Program-made: the position numbers and the translations under genes
The notes under the pieces: model-generated
What the model was told of the DNA's origin: nothing
What the model saw: only the letters and a program-made list of their open reading frames with translations
Databases searched by the model: none
Shown: piece after piece, positions 1-9,957 of the stretch
Layout of the letters: every line of letters starts with the position of its first letter
Numbering within the stretch: position 1 is the first letter of the stretch
Source: an uncultured Acidobacteriota bacterium
GTDB taxonomy: Bacteria > Acidobacteriota > Terriglobia > Acidiferrales > UBA7541
DNA length: 64,000 nt
Assembly (NCBI GenBank): GCA_963832615.1
Contig: CAWHVA010000027.1
Location: forward strand, 165,985 to 229,984
Direction of reading: 5' to 3'

Positions 1-714
1 AACGGTCACCTCAAATTCGTTTCCCCAAAAGAGGAAGAAGACAGCCGCGACGATATGGTCTTCGAGGCTACATTGAGCGGCAATCGTCTCTCAGGCACCA
101 CCACGGGGCCAGATGGCACAGCTTGGCCGTGGATCGGTGAAAGAGCACCCTCTTTGAAGAGAAGCGGCACCCCCCAATGGGGAAAGCCCATTCCGTTGTT
201 CAACGGGAAAAATTTGTCCGGATGGACGATGAGCAAATCAAGCTCCTCCTCCGTCTGGAAGGTTGAAAACGGCAAGTTGATAACGCCTGGCGAAGGCCCG
301 GAACTCATCAACGATTCCAAATTCGAAGATTTCAAGCTGCACGTCGAATTCAACTGCGACCCAAATTCCAACAGCGGCGTGTATCTGCGTGGCCGCTACG
401 AAGTCCAAGTGGAAACTGACTCAGCCACGGAGCCCCCGAACCGTCGCATCGGCAGCGTCTATGGCTTCTTGGCTCCGTCTCCCGAGCTGCCCAGAAAGCC
501 CGGAGAATGGCAGATCTTCGACATCACCCTTCTCGGACGAATGATCACGATCGTCCAGAATGGGCAGACGATCATCAACAACCAGGAAATCCCCGGCATC
601 ACCGGCGGCGCGTTGGACAGCCATGAGGCATTGCCAGGTCCCATCTACCTTCAGGGCAGCGAAAAGGGACGCGTAGCCTATCGGAGCATCGTCATGACTC
701 CAGCGGGCCAATAG
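1..714 (+). CDS. DUF1080 (3-keto-disaccharide hydrolase-like) domain protein, 5' end outside window
   Basis: Frame is open from base 1; motifs LFNGKNLSGW, WKVENG, FEDFKLHVEF, NSGVYLRGRYEVQV, GPIYLQG are typical of DUF1080. Confidence 0.85.
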   Translation, partial: NGHLKFVSPKEEEDSRDDMVFEATLSGNRLSGTTTGPDGTAWPWIGERAPSLKRSGTPQWGKPIPLFNGKNLSGWTMSKSSSSSVWKVENGKLITPGEGPELINDSKFEDFKLHVEFNCDPNSNSGVYLRGRYEVQVETDSATEPPNRRIGSVYGFLAPSPELPRKPGEWQIFDITLLGRMITIVQNGQTIINNQEIPGITGGALDSHEALPGPIYLQGSEKGRVAYRSIVMTPAGQ

Positions 715-721
715 TCGGATG

Positions 722-1378
722 TCAGCTACTGGCCAGCGGCGGCGAGCGGGGTGTGCAGCATGGCTTGCCCTTCATCGATTCCCATCCCTCACGCACAATC
801 AGGGGAAACAATGACAACGCAGCAACCGGGTCTGCCCAACTCACCCTCCAAATCGCATTGACGAGCAGACCCGCCAAAGCAATCAAGGCTAGATAACCAC
901 AGATCGCAGACTCGGCAGCATCGGCCCTTAACGCCGCGCTCGCGGTGGCGGCTGAGAGTCGCCGTTTTTGTCTTGCGAGCCAAGGCATAACCACTGCCGT
1001 AAGGATCAGAAGGGCTATCCCGACAGGGCTTGGCCGGGCCTCGACGTGTCCAAGCAGTGCCAAAATAGAAGCGATGGCAACAAATGTTGCTAGAACAAAG
1101 AGAAGGCCGCCTGCGATTTTGGCCGCTCGCTCCTCAGCGTGCTCTTCGTGAGATCGGGGATGGAAGCGGTGGAGAACCACTGCCGCCGAGAGAACTTCAA
1201 CCGCGCTATCGCCACCGAAGCCAAGAAGGGCTGGACTGCGGGCTATCCAAGCCGCGCTCAACGACACTACTGCTTCCACAGTCATCCAGATGAGCGTTAG
1301 AGCCTGAATCCGAACTATGCGGCGTGTGGTCTCAAGCGGGAACGTATTCGGCGACGCAGGCACAAGAGCATTATGCAT
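722..1378 (-). CDS. Cation efflux (CDF)-like membrane protein, transmembrane domain only
   Basis: About 6 TM helices; SPALLGFGGDSAVE, ALRADAAES and WADPVAAL motifs; start uncertain (1378 or GTG 1363). Confidence 0.75.
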   Translation of the reverse strand: MHNALVPASPNTFPLETTRRIVRIQALTLIWMTVEAVVSLSAAWIARSPALLGFGGDSAVEVLSAAVVLHRFHPRSHEEHAEERAAKIAGGLLFVLATFVAIASILALLGHVEARPSPVGIALLILTAVVMPWLARQKRRLSAATASAALRADAAESAICGYLALIALAGLLVNAIWRVSWADPVAALSLFPLIVREGWESMKGKPCCTPRSPPLASS

Positions 1379-1482
1379 CTGAGCTAGAATCGGTGCAGCG
1401 CATCAACTCGACGCAGGGTCAGCGCATATTTGATAGCCGGGCAAAGCGGGGTACTTGTTCCATTTTTGCAGCATCTGTTCTC

Positions 1483-1839
1483 GTGGAAGCCGTCCTGTTC
1501 CTGCACCTCCTTTGGTGCGGGTGGGTGTTGCTGGGCTGGACAGTTACTCGCTGTTGCCGTCTTCTGCGGACGCTCCACATCGCCTCGCTTATCTACGCCA
1601 TCGTCATCGAGATAGTTCCTTGGCCGCCGTGCCCGCTCACCGTAGCTGAAACGTGGCTTGAAGCTCGTGAAGGCATCGAACCCGCACACGGACCGTTTCT
1701 GGTACAAATTCTCGATGCGGTTGTGTATCCCGACCTGCCGGAGTGGTTCGTCGTTGGCTGTGCGGTGCTTGTTTGCGCGGCAATGCTATGCGTGTATATG
1801 CGGCGCTATCTTCGCCGGACCGGGAGTGGTCAATGGTGA
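1483..1839 (+). CDS. DUF2784 family membrane protein
   Basis: LHLLW...LHIASLIYAIVIE...CPLTVAETWL...FLVQILDAVVYPD pattern; start approximate. Confidence 0.75.
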   Translation: MEAVLFLHLLWCGWVLLGWTVTRCCRLLRTLHIASLIYAIVIEIVPWPPCPLTVAETWLEAREGIEPAHGPFLVQILDAVVYPDLPEWFVVGCAVLVCAAMLCVYMRRYLRRTGSGQW

Positions 1840-2015
1840 CGGAAAACCAAGTTTGGCCTACTACAGTTGCTACGGGGATTGAAACTGGATGCAGAGACCC
1901 CGGAGGACCTTGCTCGCCTACGTCCGAAAACTCCTGCGGAATTGAGACTCACATTGACAGGGTCAGGGCAGCGGCGTACGTTTGGCTTGACTGTTCCCGC
2001 CAGAGAGAAGGTCCC

Positions 2016-2231
2016 ATGAGCAATTCACGTGCTTACCCATCATGGTCACCCATCTACGTGTCTGCTGTTTTAGAGACCGATCCTCGCAAGCTACCTCAGC
2101 GTATTCAAGAGGCGCACCAGGCAATTGAGGGAAGGCTCTCTCAAGCCCCGCGACTCGATGCAGCGGAGCAGAGAGCGCTCGCACACGCCCGGAATGCGCT
2201 CGCAACTCTCAAGAGTCAACGGCCTTCCTGA
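2016..2231 (+). CDS. Small helical hypothetical protein (71 aa)
   Basis: GAGAAGG RBS before ATG 2016; W..Y.SAVLETDP.KL.QRI..A..AI..RL pattern resembles small acidobacterial proteins. Confidence 0.6.
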   Translation: MSNSRAYPSWSPIYVSAVLETDPRKLPQRIQEAHQAIEGRLSQAPRLDAAEQRALAHARNALATLKSQRPS

Positions 2232-2312
2232 AAAAGGAGCGTCGTACCGGCTCTGTCCAAGATTCCCGCTCGAAGTGACCGCCCTCGCTGTCTGGGCGGA
2301 AGGGGAGCAGGG

Positions 2313-2567
2313 ATGCCGTTCTCATCCAAGGCTCAAGAAATTCACGACCATATCGTAAGCAGCGGCAAGTCCGACTACTGGATCGGTGCGGCCAAATACT
2401 TTCTCAACCGTAGGGGCCAACATCAACTAGGGAAAGCCTACACCCGAGACGTTCCTGCTCTTAGAGAGCAGCTCATAGCCGAGGTGTCAGGCGCAGTGAC
2501 AGGTGCGAACGATAATCACTGGGAAGAGATTGCACACTGGCTTTTTTATGAAGCGAAACATAGTTAG
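2313..2567 (+). CDS. Hypothetical protein (84 aa)
   Basis: GGGGAG RBS, protein-like composition, no recognised domain. Confidence 0.45.
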   Translation: MPFSSKAQEIHDHIVSSGKSDYWIGAAKYFLNRRGQHQLGKAYTRDVPALREQLIAEVSGAVTGANDNHWEEIAHWLFYEAKHS

Positions 2568-3035
2568 GGAGGCCGACTTCCCCAGACCAGTCGTTGCTCG
2601 GGGTCTCTGGGACTCGTTGTTTGCGGGTAACGCGGGTATCCCTAGCCCTAAAGTCTTAGAATTTTATAGAAGTATTAGAGGTTTACCCGCTGTCTATCCC
2701 GCAATACCCGCAACTGCCATCCCGCGCGGTAGAGCGAGGCGAAGGCGACTCAGGTCAGGATGGCTAAGGGACTTGCCAGCCTTAGTAAAAGCCTTGTTCA
2801 AAAGCGAACGGATAGTCACCCAGCCACCGGAGTTTTGCCGGTGCGAAAAAGGCAGACTCGCGCTTGCACACCAGACAAATTCCTTCTTGTTTGCCGACCA
2901 CCTGGAAATTGGTCAGACCAGTCAATACAAGGGCGTTTGGACGTAGCCGCCCGGCGGCGGACGCTTCGCGTGAAGTAGTGCAGCGTTGGTTGCTCTATGG
3001 TTGTGATGTAAGTGTGGGTCATAGGAGGTTTCCCT

Positions 3036-3911
3036 ATGACCCATTTGCGAAAAATGATGTTGGAAGAACTCCAACGTCGTAATTACTCTGAAAATACCAT
3101 ACGCTGCTACATTCGCACAGTCGAAGATTTTTCTCGACGCTTCAACTGTTCTCCGGATCGCTTAGGTCCTCGGCACATTCGTGAATACCAGGCCGAACTG
3201 TTTCAAAAACGCAAGTTATCCTCGGGCTCAGTTGCGGTCCGTTTGGCAGCCTTGAGGTTCTTTTACTGCAAGACGCTCAAGAAGGGTTGGAACATTGCCG
3301 AGACTCCCTATCCGAAAAGGGAGCATCGTCTTCCCGAGATCCTCAGCCGGGAAGAAGTCGCCCGATTGATCCAGGCCGCCGGCACTGCCTTCCATCGCAC
3401 CCTGCTGATGACGCTCTACGCCACCGGTGTCCGGAACGCCGAGTTGACACACCTAAAGTTCAGCGACGTCGACAAGCAACGGATGGTCGTTCACATCCAA
3501 GGCGGCAAAGGACGCAAAGACCGCGACGTGATGCTCAGTCCTAAATTGCTTGACGAACTTCGTGAGCACTGGCACCGCTTACGCCGAAAACCAAGAGTCT
3601 GGATCTTCCCGGGTAACTACGACCATTGCGCCGATCACCCGATCATTGCGAAAGCCGTTTGGCAAGCGTGCCAGCAAGCCGCCAAGCGAGCTGGAATCCA
3701 GAAAGGTGTTCATCCTCACACCCTTCGTCACTGTTTTGCGACCCACCTATTCGAGGCTGGTGCGGACCTGCGCACCATTCAGATCCTGTTAGGCCATAAC
3801 GATCTGAAAGAAACGATTCGCTACGTGCATCTTTCCCAGCGCCACCTGCATGCGGCCCCCAGTCCGTTGGATTCACTGCCGTTCGAGGGCCATTCGCCGC
3901 AGGAGGAGTAG
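3036..3911 (+). CDS. Tyrosine recombinase/integrase (N-terminal SAM-like domain plus catalytic domain)
   Basis: LYATGVR..E, GKGRKDR, HTLRHCFATHL, LLGH, RY catalytic motifs; AGGAGG RBS before ATG 3036. Confidence 0.93.
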   Translation: MTHLRKMMLEELQRRNYSENTIRCYIRTVEDFSRRFNCSPDRLGPRHIREYQAELFQKRKLSSGSVAVRLAALRFFYCKTLKKGWNIAETPYPKREHRLPEILSREEVARLIQAAGTAFHRTLLMTLYATGVRNAELTHLKFSDVDKQRMVVHIQGGKGRKDRDVMLSPKLLDELREHWHRLRRKPRVWIFPGNYDHCADHPIIAKAVWQACQQAAKRAGIQKGVHPHTLRHCFATHLFEAGADLRTIQILLGHNDLKETIRYVHLSQRHLHAAPSPLDSLPFEGHSPQEE

Positions 3912-5099
3912 ATGGGCCGGCCACCCCTCGAGGTGGCCGACATCGTCCGCGCTGCGGGAGATGCTTTCATCGAACGAAACCGCCACTGGCTCCGTTGGAA
4001 GCATGTCAAAGTGCTACTGGCCATTGCGCGGTGTCGTACCGCCGCACTCGGCGGTCATCTTGATGAGTGCGCCCGCTGCGGGCATCGCGCCATCTCGTTT
4101 AATAGCTGCCGAAATAGGCACTGCCCGAAGTGTCAGATCGCTGCTCGGGAACGCTGGATCGCCGCGCGTCGCCGTGAATTGCTCCCGACCCGCTATCTGC
4201 ACGTGGTCTTCACACTCCCCGGCCGATTGGCGCCATTGGTTCTGCAGAACAAGAAAGTTCTCTACGATCTCTTGTTCCGCACCAGTGCCGAAACCCTTCT
4301 CGAAGTGGCCTGCAATCCGAAACATCTCGGCGCAGAGATTGGTTTCTTCAGTGTGTTACACACGTGGAGTCAGAAGCTCAAAATTCATCCGCACGTTCAT
4401 TGTGTCGTTCCTGCCGGCGGCCTCTCGCCCGATCACACCCGCTGGGTTCGCTCACGAGACAACTACTTTCTTCCCAAAGAAGTGCTGCGTAAAGTTTTTC
4501 GCGGCAAGTTCGTCGACGCTCTCGAGCAAGCCTTCCAGACTGGCCAGCTCCACTTCCAGGGAGATCTGAAACTCCTCGCTCTGCCCAAGATTTTTACTGC
4601 CTGGCTGCGCCCTCTGTTCCGCCAAGATTGGGTGGTCTACTTGAAGCGCCCCTTCGGTGGCCCAGAGTACGTGCTGCAATACCTGGGTCGTTACACCCAT
4701 CGTGTGGCCATCTCCAACCATCGCCTGGTCTCCTTCGCGGATGGCCAAGTCACCTTTCGCTGGCGTGATTCCGCTGATCACAACAAACAGAAGTTGTTGT
4801 CTCTATCGATCGACGAGTTCCTGTGTCGCTTCTTGCTGCACATCCTTCCGCAGGGCTTCGTGCGCATCCGGCACTTCGGCTTTCTGGCCAATCGGTGGCG
4901 CGCCACTCTTTTGCCACTTTGTTTTCAGTTGCTCGGCTCAACCCAGCAACCGCAAACTGAACAACACGTTGCTTCCACGGAAGACCCGCCTGGTCTTTGG
5001 CGCTGTCCCATGTGTGGTGGCCCAATGAAGGTCGTCGAACGGCTCACCGCTGCCGAAATCCGACTGCGTTCTCCACCGCCGGTCACCGCTGCAGCATGA
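3912..5099 (+). CDS. IS91 family rolling-circle (HUH, Y2) transposase
   Basis: Zn-binding NSCRNRHCPKCQ, HUH motif HPHVH, Y2 motif YLGRYTHR, C-terminal CPMCGG. Confidence 0.95.
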   Translation: MGRPPLEVADIVRAAGDAFIERNRHWLRWKHVKVLLAIARCRTAALGGHLDECARCGHRAISFNSCRNRHCPKCQIAARERWIAARRRELLPTRYLHVVFTLPGRLAPLVLQNKKVLYDLLFRTSAETLLEVACNPKHLGAEIGFFSVLHTWSQKLKIHPHVHCVVPAGGLSPDHTRWVRSRDNYFLPKEVLRKVFRGKFVDALEQAFQTGQLHFQGDLKLLALPKIFTAWLRPLFRQDWVVYLKRPFGGPEYVLQYLGRYTHRVAISNHRLVSFADGQVTFRWRDSADHNKQKLLSLSIDEFLCRFLLHILPQGFVRIRHFGFLANRWRATLLPLCFQLLGSTQQPQTEQHVASTEDPPGLWRCPMCGGPMKVVERLTAAEIRLRSPPPVTAAA

Positions 5100-5547
5100 A
5101 TTCACTCTCCAATTCGAAAACTCTGCGCCCTTCCCGGCGCTCCGTATCTCTGTGCCTCGCCATCAAACCGATTTCTTCTTCCAGCTTCTTCAACCGCAGT
5201 CTTCGCGATACTTTTTCGCCGTACGCAATTTCCGCGCCCAGGATGTCATGCGTCGTGCCCTGCAGCACAGTCTCGGCACGGCTTAACGCCGCTCCTTCCA
5301 ACGATTGAATTTGCATAGAGCCCGCGTCCACCGCAACCACGGACGGCCACGTCCAAACGGCTTTACCGGACGCGCGCAGAACTCCCCGCCTCCGTTCACT
5401 CCTCAGCGAGAACGCGCATCCGGTAAAGCGCTAACGTTTCTCGGTACCAATCCGACGGACGAATCGATAACTTCCAGCTTGCCCGTCATCCGCCAGGAAT
5501 CGTCGTTCTTGCCGAAGAATCCTCGAACCTTTGCAGCAGGTTTCACA

Positions 5548-6858
5548 TATTGCCATTCGTCGGCAGAGCGGAGTACGCCTCTTTATCTGGCTAGGAATCT
5601 GGAGCGCGATATACGGAATCGGGCTGCTGACTCAATCGCCGGCTGTTGTTGCGGCTCTGCCGCACTCGATTCAGAAGAGCGTTCCCTATGTCACGACTGG
5701 GATCGGATACCTTACCTTAGTTGTTGGATTGTGTGCCTTCGTGGAATTAAGCCTGGGCGTAGTTCGGCTTCTCATCAAAATCCTCATCTTTGCAGGGGTG
5801 GCGGTCGCTTTTGCCGGCATTGGCTGGTTCGTGTTCGGCGGCTCGGGCGACAAGTTCATCCCGTACAACACTCTGATCGCGGTCTGCGGCCTGCTTATTC
5901 TTGTGACTGTCGTCGCCGTGAAGAAGCTGTCTGACCGCTTTATGGTGCTCCTCAACCGCCGCGTTCTCGCCATTGGCACTCTCGTATTCGCCGTTGAGGC
6001 CCTCTGGGGCAACCTGTCGCGTAACCTGCATTACCAGACACCACGCGTTCTCGGCCATCTGGCTTTTGCCGTGTTCCTGCTCTCGTTCGCCTTCGTGGCC
6101 TTCCAAATGATCTCTGCCAACGAGCGCCGTTTGATGTCGATTGAAAATGAACTTGCGGTTGCCCGCCGGTTGCAGTTCTCGATCCTCCCCACCAGCATTC
6201 CCGATGTCCGGAACATCCGGATCGCGGTTGCCTATCAGCCTATGACTGCCGTCGCTGGCGATTTCTATGAATTCATTTCCATCGATCGGCAGCGGATAGG
6301 CTTCCTGGTGGCGGACGTCACCGGACACGGTGTGCCAGCCGCACTCATCGCTTCGATGATCAAAGTGGCGATGCAATCCGTCGTACCTTGCGCGCATGAC
6401 CCACGAGAGGTGTTGCGCGGGTTGAACCGCATCCTGTTCAGCCAACTTCATGATCAGCTGGTCTCCGCAGCTTATTTGTGGCTTGAAACCGAGAATCGCA
6501 AAGCATTGTATTCCGCGGCAGGCCATCCGCCGCTCCTGCGCTGGCGGAATGGCAAGCTGGAACGCGTCGAAAGCAATGGCCTGTTGTTTGGAGTCATGGC
6601 GGATCCCGACTATCCCGTGCGTAACCTGCCGATCCGCTCCGGCGACCGCTTCCTACTTTACACCGATGGCGTGATTGAACCCGAGAATGCCCGCGGGGAT
6701 TCCTTTGGCGACCGAAAGCTTGAAGAAGTCGTTCGCAACAATCAGTCGGCCCACCTTCTGAAATGTCAGATGAACTGCTCTCCGAGATACGACTCTGGCG
6801 ACCTGCCGGGGTGGGCCAGCAGGACGACATCACGCTGATCGTGATTGACGTGGTTTAG
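5548..6858 (+). pseudogene. Membrane PP2C/SpoIIE (RsbU-like) phosphatase; N-terminus appears truncated, frameshift near 6750
   Basis: VAGDFY, ADVTGHGVPAA, AGHPP, LYTDG motifs; the final QQDDITLIVIDVV* lies in another frame ending at 6858; no clear start codon/RBS. Confidence 0.75.
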
Positions 6859-7259
6859 TCATGGCGAATGCCAACGGGGCACGGCATTCAAGGAAGTTCT
6901 GGGCAAATCCGTGGATTCTGGACAGATGGTCGGCCAACCGGAATGTATGGTCCGCCGCTTCGCCGCAAGCGAAATGTGAGGATGCCACAGGTTGGTCTGC
7001 GCAAATGTATACGGCCTTTGTTGGAGTGAATCACTCCTGGCCATGATGGAATGCGCTGCGCTCTTTTCCCCATTAGTAATTCAGTCTCGAGAGACTTCTT
7101 CCGGTTACGGGTTTGGAGAGCGCCGGGTTCGACTGTTGTGCCATCTTCTCATTCGCTAGCAGACCTTGGCAAGAATTCGTATTCTTCGCTAATCGTTAGG
7201 CCGCCGCAACTTTTGTGCGAGATTGTAGAGGAAGCATTGCCGGGCACTCGCGTCACGTA

Positions 7260-9712
7260 CTATTCGTATCTTAGGGCGATCATGGGGTCCACGCGCATGG
7301 CACGCCCCGCAGGCGCATAGCTGGCCCATAGCCCAATACTCCCGAGAAATAGCGTCGCTGTCACAAATGTCAGCGCATCGGTTGGGCTCACTCCTATCAG
7401 AAGCGGAGCCATCGAACGCGTCAGAGCCCACGCAAGCATCAAGCCGGACAACACGCCTCCCATCACTAGCACCAATCCCTGCCGCAGGACCAGCCGTAGG
7501 ATATCCCGCCGGTCCGCGCCGAGCGCCATACGGATCCCGATCTCACGGGTACGCTGGCTGGCGGCGAACGAAACCACTCCATACACGCCCACAACGGCCA
7601 GCGTCAGCCCCAGAAATCCCATGGCTGCAGCCAAGATCGCACCAATCCGGAAGACGAAAAACCCATTTCCTCCCGAGAGAGACTGCCTCATGGTCTGAAC
7701 GTCGGAAATCGGCATTGTGGGATCCAGCGCGCGGACTTCGCTCTGCACCAGCGTCATCAGAGTCTCCGGCGGCACCGATGAGCGAAGTTGCAAGGCCCGG
7801 TACGCGGTGTAATTCTGGGCAAGCGGAACATAAAAATGTGGCTGTCGGTCCCATCCAATGAACACATACTTCCCATCCGCCGCTACTCCCACGATTTCGG
7901 CGAAAGGCCCGGTCGCGCTCTTGAGACTGAATCGCTTCCCGATCGGGTCTTCGTTGGGCCAGAATTGATGTGCCATCGTCTGATTCACGATCGCGACGAG
8001 CGGTGCCTTTTCCTCGTCATTCTCGCGGAAGGCACGGCCGCGCAGCAACGGAACTCGCATGGTATCGAAATAGGGTGCGTCGACCCGGTTGTACACCACC
8101 ACGGGAGGCTGCTGGCCGGAAGCGAGCATGCGCCCTTCGATATAAATCGAGCTCCCGTCGTTCACGTGTCCCATCGGGACACTGAATGCCAGGCTTGCTG
8201 ATTGCACTCCGGGCAATGCGCGCACTCTCGCCTCGAGGTCTCGGTAAAAATGCTTTGTGCGGGTCTCGTCGTATCCCGCTTCTTTTGGATCCAGGATTAC
8301 GTTAAGCACGTGATCGGGGTCGAATCCCAGATTCGCGTGCTGCGCGCGCAACAGGCTCCGGGCGAATAGCCCGGCGACGATCAGTAGCACCAGCGATCCG
8401 CCCACCTGGGCCACCACTAGCACGCTGCGTACCCGGTGGCGGTTCACGCCCGCAGTATCGCTCCTCCCAGCTCCTCGCAGGACGCCGTTCACATCCGTGC
8501 GTCTCGCCAGCCATGCTGGCCACAGGCCCATCAGCGTACCGGTCAAGAGAGCGGCTGCCAGAGCGTACGCAAACACTCGCCAATCAAAACTGAAATCCAG
8601 GCGGACAGGAAATTTTGACTCCGGGAGAAGCGAGGCGATCGCGCCGCTGGCCCACGGTCCCACGAGCAGTCCGCCGGCTCCGCCGAAGAGCGCCAGCACG
8701 ATGCTCTCAGTGAGCAGTAGCCGGATCAGCCGCGCGCGACTCGCTCCCAGCGCCGCACGGATCGCCATCTCGCGTTGCCGCATCGTCGCGCGCACAAGCA
8801 GAATATTCGTCACATTCATGCACGCCAGCAGTAGAACCAGTGATGCGAGCACCAAAAAGGTGCCCGCGATAAACGGAACGATGTTGTTCGCAAACGGCTG
8901 CGGTCGCGCCAACCTCTCCGGAATCACCCGAACCGCCACTCCCTTGTCCGTCGCGGGATAAGACTCTGCCAACCGTCGCGCCACGACGTTCACCGAGCTT
9001 TGCGCTTGCCGCAGGCTCACACCGGGTTTCAGCCTCGCCATTACAACTAACGCGCGGGAGGCGCGGTCGCTCCAGGCCGTGGCCGCATCTTCCTCTGGCA
9101 TCATGTTCAGCGGGAGGTAGCCATCAAAATCCAGCGCGAACTCTGTGCCTTGAAATCCCTTCGGTGCCACTCCAATAACTCTCGGCCATCGATCAGTGCT
9201 TGCTTCCCCACGATGCCAGGATCGCCGCCCAACCTCTTTTGCCAGAAGGAATAACCCAGAACAATGTAGGGGTCCTTACTTCCGGCTTCCCCCTCGGGCG
9301 GCAAGAAGAGGCGCCCCAATGCGGGCTGCACGCCCAGGGATGAAAAGTAATTGCCAGTTACGCGCGAGTACAGGAATTCATTCGTTTTGCCCCCGAAGTT
9401 CAGCCCTCCGAGATCGTCCTGGCACGCAAAGAGATCGGAGAACACATCCGATTGTTTTCGAAAATCAACGAGCTGGCGATAGGAAAGCCTGAAAATCCCG
9501 AGAGTGTCGCCCTCCAGCTTCCCGGCCAGCACCACGATCTGTTCGGGCGATATCACCGGCAAGGGACGCAATAGAAACCCATTCACGATCCCGAAGATTG
9601 CTGTGTTGGCCCCAATGCCCAGAGCCAGCGTGAGGACTACGATCAAAGTTAGCATCGGCGACTTCGCGAGCGTCCTGAGGGCGTAACGCGTGTCCTGCCA
9701 GAGCGTGGCCAT
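7260..9712 (-). CDS. ABC transporter permease, duplicated MacB/FtsX (ADOP-type), frameshift near 9180
   Basis: MATLWQDTRYALRTL...TLALGIGANTAIF start, LLLACMNV..LLVRA..RQREMAIRAALGA, RTREIGIRMALGA, end VDPMIALRYE; split between ORFs 9107-9712 and 7260-9170. Confidence 0.88.
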
Positions 9713-9957
9713 AAAGCTTTCCGCCTTTCGGTCGGTGATAGATCAGCACGTTCGTATCCCTAAGCTGGTACCAGCCATGTATATGTTGTATGGCAACTTA
9801 CGACGACCTGATCTACCGCTCCGGCCTGTTCGGTGAGCGATTATGACACGGGGGTGTCGCGCTATCGAACACCCAAAACGGCCGATTCGGGGTGCCCGCC
9901 ATGAAACACGCTAGAGTAAAAATGCCGCTCGCCTCCACACATTTCGGGCATATCGTC

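Larger units (their letters stand above)
2863..5483 (+). mobile_element. IS91-family element carrying a tyrosine recombinase (ends approximate)
   Basis: Integrase and IS91 transposase abut; downstream ~390 bp is conserved with the second copy at 9958-10340. Confidence 0.8.

Noticed and set aside
3036-5483. Integron (intI plus attC cassettes)
   Set aside because: The recombinase is short and shows no IntI-specific insertion, is coupled to an IS91 transposase, and the hairpins lack proper RYYYAAC/GTTRRRY boxes or a cassette array
6860-7255. Small ORFs between the phosphatase and the permease
   Set aside because: Short, mutually overlapping on both strands, with no RBS or motif support
9107-9200. 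Programmed frameshift in the ADOP permease
   Set aside because: No slippery heptamer seen, and similar single indels occur throughout the window
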